Positions 56,051 through 64,000 of a stretch of DNA of 64,000 nt are shown one piece after another. The stretch is taken from the NCBI GenBank assembly GCA_964016885.1, contig OZ024748.1:11346001-11410000 (forward strand). Direction: 5' to 3'. The translations under genes and the position numbers were made by a program. The notes under the pieces were generated by a model that was not told the DNA's origin, did no database searches, and saw nothing but the letters and a program-made list of their open reading frames with translations. Positions within the stretch are counted from its first letter, which is position 1; each line of letters starts with the position of its first letter. This stretch comes from Eledone cirrhosa. Taxonomy: Eukaryota.

Positions 56051-56681
56051 ACACGCGTCAGTATGCACCTTATATAAGCATGAGAAGCGTTGGCGTAGAG
56101 AATACGTACGATTAAGGACGAAACAATCAGGAAGTTGTGAGTATATTTCGATTATTTTTTAAAAATATTACTCTTATATAGAAAGGTAGTGGCTTGATAG
56201 TAATCGGTAGAGCGCCAGTCAACATGGTTTGCGTCATATAGTTACGTTCCTACACGTTCTGATTTCAAATCTCACCAAGATTAACTTTGCCTTTCATCCT
56301 TCGATACGGGGGTCGATAAAATAAAAAGTACCAGTCACGCCCTTGGGTTGATTTAATCGACTTTCCCCTCTCCGAAAATTCTTGGTCTTGTGTCTAAACT
56401 AGAAACCATACTTCTTCTATAGAGAGCGGTAGATTGGCAGAGTCGTTTGCTAGAACGTCAGAAAAATATGTAGCTGTATCTTTTTCTGGTTCTGTATGTT
56501 TTGAGTTCAAATCCCACCAAGGTTAACTTTGCCTTTCATCCTTCTGGTGTCGATGTGACTAAAGAACTAGAGAAGTATTTGGGTAGATGTTATTGACCAG
56601 AGTGCAACAGAGTGGACATGACTAGATCTAGATCTTGGGACCCCGAGACACGGGACAGTTCAGGTTTGATTGGCCCCTCAC

Positions 56682-56713
<32 letters not shown>

Positions 56714-56734
56714 GACATATATATCTATATATAT

Positions 56735-56924
56735 AACGAAGGAAATGTGGTAAGGAACCAGGTGGACCATAACGCACCAAAGTACTCAATACTTAGGGCA
56801 GTAGAGTGGGTAATAGGAACGAGTAGGACCCCGACGGCTGAGCTCAAGCCGTTTCGACGGCTAATTCTGGACCGGAATTAGCCGTCGAAACGGCTTGAGC
56901 TCAGCCGTCGGGGTCTTACTGGTT

Positions 56925-56927
<3 letters not shown>
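56735..56927. mobile_element. Fold-back element family A (copy 3)
   Basis: Same start AACGAAGGAA and same end TTCCT-(AT)n as copy 1; hairpin 56814-56927. Confidence 0.85.
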
Positions 56928-56975
<48 letters not shown>

Positions 56976-57103
56976 GGGGTGTCCCCCAAAAATGTATGCA
57001 TAATTCAACGGCATTCTTATAAATAATGCCTGTACAGGTAATCAAAGTGTGTATATATATATATTTTTTTTTGGGGGGGGACAACAACCTGTGTGTGCGT
57101 GTG

Positions 57104-57157
<54 letters not shown>

Positions 57158-57299
57158 TATGTTAGGTAATTCCGAAGGAAAAGCAAAGGAAAAAAGAGTG
57201 CTCTATGTATAGAACAGAGCTATTTAATTAGAAAGTGAACAACACAAAATATAACTACTCCATTACCAATGGAGTAGTTATATTTTGTGTTCACTTTCT

Positions 57300-57361
<62 letters not shown>

Positions 57362-57432
57362 CGAGCTAAAGATTTGCATAAGGTGAAACAATTATTCTCG
57401 GTATGGTTAACTAACTGTTGTGTTACTATATA

Positions 57433-57474
<42 letters not shown>

Positions 57475-57924
57475 TAAGCAGGGAGAGAGAGTGAAGAAGA
57501 AGAAGGGGCCCTGTGGGGAGAGGGGGAAGTCCAGGGTATTCACCACGACCGTCCCGCCCTGTTAAATCCGGCCCTGACAATGGAAGTGGCATTGAATAAA
57601 AAAGAACCACACGTTTTAACGAGTAAATCTGTTAGATTTAGTAAGATTGGTTAATATAGAAGACATTTGTGAAAATGTCTTATGACGAGGACCTGTTTGT
57701 AATTATTTAACAACAATATCCAGCATTTGACAGACTTCATAAGGACGATGATTTAGTAACTGGTAGAATCTTCAATTTCTCCTGATTAAGGAGGAATTGT
57801 TACTTTTGATAATCGTAAACCTGTGGAACTTCCGAATTCTGATGACATTCTATTTCTATAATTGTGTCTCTGTACTTTTGTAATTGTTGTTGTTGTTATT
57901 GTAGTTGTTGGTATTGTTATTGCT

Positions 57925-57957
<33 letters not shown>

Positions 57958-58094
57958 ATTGCTTAATCAGGAATTCATTTTGATTGAAAGCCACTATAGA
58001 TAAAACCGTTCCAGTCATAAACTACACAACTACACTGTGTAGTTTATCTGTGATCACATTGTATACTCCTCCCCCACCTCCCCTCCCTCCTCCA

Positions 58095-58125
<31 letters not shown>

Positions 58126-58458
58126 CTTCTTCTTCTTCTTCGCCCAATTATTACCGAGAGGGTCGTGTGGAGGGCAGATTCCTCAAACACCCCTTCCAGC
58201 GGGTCCTGTCAAAAGCAACCGTCTCCAATTGATCCTGCTGCATTCCCAAGCAAGACCAGTTGAGCTCTTGGATATTATCCTACCATTTTGCTCGGAGTCT
58301 ACCTCTGGTTTCCTTGCCGATTGGTTTTGCCAGTAAACATCTGTCCAGCTATTCTTTCCCCGAGACATTTTAACCACATTGTATAAAGTATTTTCCTTCT
58401 GTTAAAAAAAAATAGATAGAGTAGGACGTCATTGGTGGATGGGTCGGTGAAGGTTGTG

Positions 58459-58503
<45 letters not shown>

Positions 58504-58659
58504 TGTGTGTGTGTGTGTGTTGTGTGAGAGACCGAGAGTGTGAGAGAGAGACAGAGACTGAGAGAGTGAGAGAGCGAGAGAGAGAGTAATAGAGAGACTG
58601 AGAGTGAGAGAGAGTGAAAGAGAGAGAGAGAGAGAGAGTGAAAGAAAGAGAGAGAGAGT

Positions 58660-58730
<71 letters not shown>

Positions 58731-59723
58731 CCTGTTACTTCTAGTAGATCAAACGACCACATAGAAACTCAGTCATATTAATGTAAAACTTTTACCACAT
58801 GTTTTCAAACACCAGATTTCTAAAGGGTCGTATTTTCCAACTTGCCGGGTGCTAATCTCAGTATTACGGAACTATTAACCTTTTTTGTTAACGTGATAAC
58901 AACAACAACATCATCATCATCAACAACAACAACTTTTAACTATCGATTGTTTATTTTTCCACTTCAAAATTACAAAATAGTAATCAGTAGAATTTTTTTA
59001 AATTTTATTTTATAAAAGATTTTAAATTATCGATTCTTGACCTCCACTGTTCTTTATGGTTAATCGATTCAATTGTTCTTCATTTTTAAATTAAAATTGT
59101 TTGAAGTTTAAGTCAAGGTTAATCGAAGAATGAAATTTGGAACAACATTTTTGAAACAAATATCTGTCTCTAACACTGACACAGACTTAGAGTGTGTTCC
59201 AAAGACAATGAAGCATGAGTGCCATATTGGAATTGAACCTATATGTCATAGTTAACACCTTGATTTATTAAAGCAACGCTTTCTCAAACTAAAAGACACC
59301 AAAACGCCACCCTCTCCTCCAAATATGTGTGGACCCACCCCCACCGTTCCCTCTATCTCACCCCTTCCACCCCAACACTCCACATGTTTGTGTGTGTGTA
59401 TATATATAGAGAGAGAGAAAGGATAAAAAGGACGATTGATTATTCCTTCATTGCATTTATTGATAGGTGGCGCGCGTTTCGCCACTGATCAGCTCAATGT
59501 TCGATCTATATCGATCCTACCCGACTCAATAATCCGCAGCTCGACGGACCCTCTTAAAATGGTATAAGAAAATGAAATACATGCTATGTGGTAAAGTCAG
59601 AGATTCAAGAGTTTGACAAAATGAGTTGTTTTGATTGTATAGTTCTACACCTCATCACAGAAGTGAACCTAAACATCGAGTGCTCTCCCGGGTGAACCTG
59701 CAGTAACTCCTAGTTACACCCCC

Positions 59724-59788
<65 letters not shown>

Positions 59789-59790
<2 letters not shown>

Positions 59791-59925
59791 CGAAGGAAGT
59801 GCGGTAAAGAACCAGGTGGACCATAACACACCAGCATACTCGATACTTAGGGTAGTGGAGTCGGCTGCCGAAGCTGTCGAAACGGCTTGAGCCTTGAGCT
59901 CTGCCGTCGGGGTTCTGACTCTTTT

Positions 59926-59928
<3 letters not shown>
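59789..59928. mobile_element. Fold-back element family A (copy 4, left hairpin arm deleted)
   Basis: Same two termini; internal deletion; (TA)n flanks. Confidence 0.8.
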
Positions 59929-59974
<46 letters not shown>

Positions 59975-60455
59975 CTATAAACGTACATCTGTTCGCAGCG
60001 TGAGTTTCCCAATTTAGTGTTATTGTCAGCCACCTACATTTCAAAGTAAACTAATAATTGTTTCTACGTTAGGCACAAGGCCAGCAATTACCCCCAGTGC
60101 ATTACTGGTACTTTATTTTATCGACCCCCGTAAGGATGAAAGGCAAACTAATAATGGTTTCTAATTTAGGCACAAGGCCAGCAATTACCCCAGTGCATTA
60201 CTGGTACTTTATTTTATCGACCCCCGTAAGGACGAAATGAAAGGCAAAGCTAACCTCGACGGGATTTGAAACGTAAAGGGCCGTAACTCTATGCCACAAA
60301 TAATGTTGTCTGACGCTCTACCGATTACTGCCAATCCAACTCATTTCTTAAGTAAACTAATGATATAGAACAGACTGATTATTTGATTAGCTGATTAGCT
60401 ATCTAAAGAAGAATCAGTCTGACAGAGACACATCAATAGTAATTGCATCGTCGTC

Positions 60456-60517
<62 letters not shown>

Positions 60518-60787
60518 CATCATCATCATAACCATCATCATCATCATCATCATCACAATCATCATCATCATCATACCCATCATCATCATCATCACAATCA
60601 TCGTCATCATCATCATCATCATAACCATCATCATCATCAAACTAAACATCATCATTGTCATCATCATCATTGTCATCATCACTGTCATCATCATTGTCAT
60701 TGTCATCATCATTGTCATCATCATCATCGTCATCATCATAACCATCATCATCGTCATCATCATAACCATCATCATCATCATCATAAC

Positions 60788-60819
<32 letters not shown>

Positions 60820-60927
60820 CAATCATCATCATCATCATCATCATCATCATAACCATCATCATCATCATCATCATCAAACTAAACATCATCATCGTCATCA
60901 TCATCACTACCTCCATCGTCGTCGTCG

Positions 60928-60960
<33 letters not shown>

Positions 60961-61124
60961 GCACCATCATCATCGTCACTAATCACCACCACCACCACCA
61001 CCACCACCACCATCCTCTTCCTCCTCATCATCATCATCATCATCGCTATTATCATCATGATCATCATCATCATACTAAACATCATCAACGTCATCATCAT
61101 CACTACCACCATCGTCATCGTCGC

Positions 61125-61156
<32 letters not shown>

Positions 61157-61261
61157 CCATCAACATCATCATCATCAACATCATCATCACCATCAACATC
61201 ATCATCATCATCATCATCATCATGGCTCTCAACATCATTTATACTTATTATTATCACTATT

Positions 61262-61300
<39 letters not shown>
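60456..61300. repeat. (GAT)n to (CAT)n switch and long (CAT)n/(CAA)n tract
   Basis: Direct reading; similar (CAT/CAC)n tract at 63370-64000. Confidence 0.95.
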
Positions 61301-61302
<2 letters not shown>

Positions 61303-61769
61303 GAGAGACTAAAGAAAAAGACACTGTCGATGACCAGAAATACTGTTATGAAACAATTGATTTCTGATCGATATCTAAGCCACAATCGCTAATTAAATAA
61401 TAAAATAATTACAGAAACAATGAACGATTGATTAACCCAGGAACAGGAGAAACAAACAAACAATAAAAAAAATACAAAAAATAAACCAATATAAGAACAA
61501 TAACAAAAATAATTCAGTTATTAATACATCCGGGTCTTTGGTGTCCCGTGGGGCCAACAAATAACGCAAATGGTTGTTGTTGTTGTTATCGTTGTTGTCG
61601 TTGTTGTTTGACCCTTGGTCAATCTTGATTGTGTGGAGCTATGATCAAAGACGTTCAAACCGTGACCATCCAGTCTGTTATTCAAATACACCGTAACCCA
61701 AGGCTATCACATTTCTCATATATTTTCTTTCACAGGTCTAGCATCACTTCACTCCTTGATGGTTAGCCA

Positions 61770-61823
<54 letters not shown>

Positions 61824-62206
61824 GTGAAACAATATATATATATATGTATATATATACACACACAAGTGTAAGCTTAGTAAAATCGAAGCTTTGGCTGTGG
61901 CCAAGCAAAGCAGACCTACAATAAGGAATGAGTAGCAAAGCACTCAATAAGGGTAGGTCCTTACAGTAATAACATTAGGTTTAAAAAGCTTGACAAATTG
62001 AAAATTGCGGTAGGCAAAACCCATACAAAATCAGGTTAAAACAACAGATATATAAATATATATATATATCATCATTATCATATGTATAATGGCGGTGCCC
62101 CAGCATGGCCTCCTCAGTCTGTCGTCAAGAACACGTAACAGAGTCATATATATATGTTATACACACTCACATACACACCCACACACACACACAGATATAT
62201 ATATAT

Positions 62207-62590
62207 ATTATGAAAATAAACCAAAGAAGCCTTCAATACATCAAAAGTCTTTATTAGCCAACAATGTTTCGTCCTATTAAGGACTCATCAGGGCAAGTAA
62301 AGCTATAAGAAGCACTATCGGCCAATACAAGCCAAAAACTCAGAAGAATATGGAGTATTGTATTGGCTTGTATTGGCCGATAGTGCTTCTTATAGCTTTA
62401 CTTGCCCTGATGAGTCCTTAATAGGACGAAACATTGTTGGCTAATAAAGACTTTTGATGTATTGAAGGCTTCTTTGGTTTATTTTCATAATTTTTCGGCT
62501 CTGTTTAATTACATTGAGCTATACCTTTACTGTCATTTCTATAATATGAAGAGGGTGTTTAACTCCAACACACTCTAGTATTATAATTCT
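62207..62590 (+). mobile_element. Fold-back Penelope-type tail with 129-bp perfect inverted arms
   Basis: 62207-62335 is the exact reverse complement of 62363-62491; unique tail to (TA)n at ~62590; hammerhead core in each arm. Confidence 0.8.
62402..62443 (+). ncRNA. Minimal type I hammerhead ribozyme-like motif (mirror copy on - strand at 62255-62296)
   Basis: gcc-CTGATGA-gtcct taat aggac-GAAA-c att g-T-T-ggc: intact core boxes, 5-bp helix II, very short helices I and III. Confidence 0.7.
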
Positions 62591-62611
62591 TATATATATA
62601 TATATATATAT

Positions 62612-62799
62612 ATAATATAAAATCAAAGGATGGTTAAAAGAGTTCCATGTATTTTATTATGCGCATAATAAAATACATGGAACTCTTTTAACCATCTTTT
62701 GATTTTATATTATTTATACTCCAGTCCTATAAACTGTTGAGTGCTACTTATCCGATATTTGCATTGCTTTATGGTGCTACAATAAAACTCACCTCCTAC

Positions 62800-62800
<1 letters not shown>
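62612..62800 (+). mobile_element. Fold-back element: 102-bp palindrome plus tail between (TA)n tracts
   Basis: 62612-62713 palindrome centred on TATGCGCATA with one mismatch; tail contains GAGTGCTACT...TTATGGT like other tails. Confidence 0.7.
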
Positions 62801-62862
<62 letters not shown>

Positions 62863-63643
62863 CCTTTCTGTTTAAGACAGAAGGGTTGTGATTTTATGGA
62901 GATTTGGTTGCCGTTTCTAGCAGGTTCGCAGACTATATAGAGCAGGGCTTCCAAACCATTTTTTTTTGTGTCATCACCCACTTTCACCCACTTTCACACG
63001 AAAAAAAAAAAAATCCTTTATTTTTATTTCATTTTAAATTCTCTTTTTCTTTGCCATTCCAAAACATTTATATAGCCACGATATTTTACTCTAAATCAGG
63101 AGTTCCTAACCTCTTTTTGCGTCATTGCCCACTTCCACATGAAACATTTTTCACCACCAACCTGTGTAGTAAATATTCAAAAGTATACCAAAAATATTTG
63201 GTAAAAATGTCTTACTGGTTCTTTATTCAAACTCCTGTTATTTTTATATTTTTCTCTACACAACTTCTTTGCATATCTCCTTCAATATATTTTTCCCTGG
63301 CAACGTATGTTGAAATACATTCTTAATACTCAAAATCCTATATCGTTCTATCGTTCACCAAAATTTCGTTCACCATCATCGTCATCATCAACACTAGCAT
63401 CATCACCATCATTATCGTCATCATCAACATCATCACCATCAACATCTAAACAACCACCACCATCACCTCCACCATCATCATCACCATAATTATCGTCATC
63501 ATCAACATCATCATCATCATCACCATCAACATCAACACAGCCATCACCATCACCTACACCATCATCATCACCATAATTATCGTCGTCATCAACATCATCA
63601 TCGTCACACTCACCACCAACACAACCACCACCCACCACCCACC

Positions 63644-63677
<34 letters not shown>

Positions 63678-64000
63678 TCTCCATCAACATCCATCATAAA
63701 CATCATCGATACCAACATCATCATCACTGTCATGAACATCATCATTAACATCATCATCGTCGTCACCACCATCACCAACACCACCACCACCATCATCATC
63801 ATCATCGTCATCTCCATCAACATCACCAACACCAACACCACCACCAACTCCATCATCACCATTAATATCAACTACATCAACATCACCAACATCAAACCAT
63901 CACCCCCCTCACCACCAGCACCATCATCGTCAACAACATCAACATCACCAACAACATCATCATCATCATCATCATCATCATCATAACCAACATCAACACC

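Noticed and set aside
59470-59560. GTGGCG..CGCCAC hairpin and TATCGAT motifs as a promoter
   Set aside because: Short motifs only, no supporting exon or independent evidence

Overview
AT-rich, microsatellite-dense animal genomic DNA. The SINE and RTE repeat landscape looks like an octopod/coleoid cephalopod (inference from recalled repeat families). The only clear protein-coding gene is the 3' part of a phospholipase C-gamma (PLCG1-like) gene on the + strand. I reconstructed 18 candidate exons by hand between 328 and the stop at 38359: nSH2, cSH2, linker, SH3, split-PH C-half, catalytic Y box, C2 and a helical tail. With one linker exon this gives 2172 nt, i.e. 723 aa plus stop, with consistent phases. 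The 5' exons lie upstream of the window. Four things stand out: (1) two paralogous 63-nt exons for the regulatory tyrosine-bearing cSH2-SH3 linker, probably alternative or mutually exclusive; (2) a U12-type AT-AC intron in the Y box; (3) a ~515-bp near-perfect inverted repeat in the last intron enclosing an RT-deleted Penelope-like element; (4) a dispersed set of short fold-back elements sitting in (TA)n tracts, several carrying minimal hammerhead-ribozyme cores. The rest is SINEs, RTE/R4 LINE remnants, piggyBac-like and Tc1/mariner-like MITEs and simple repeats. Almost all long ORFs in the supplied track are microsatellite artefacts.
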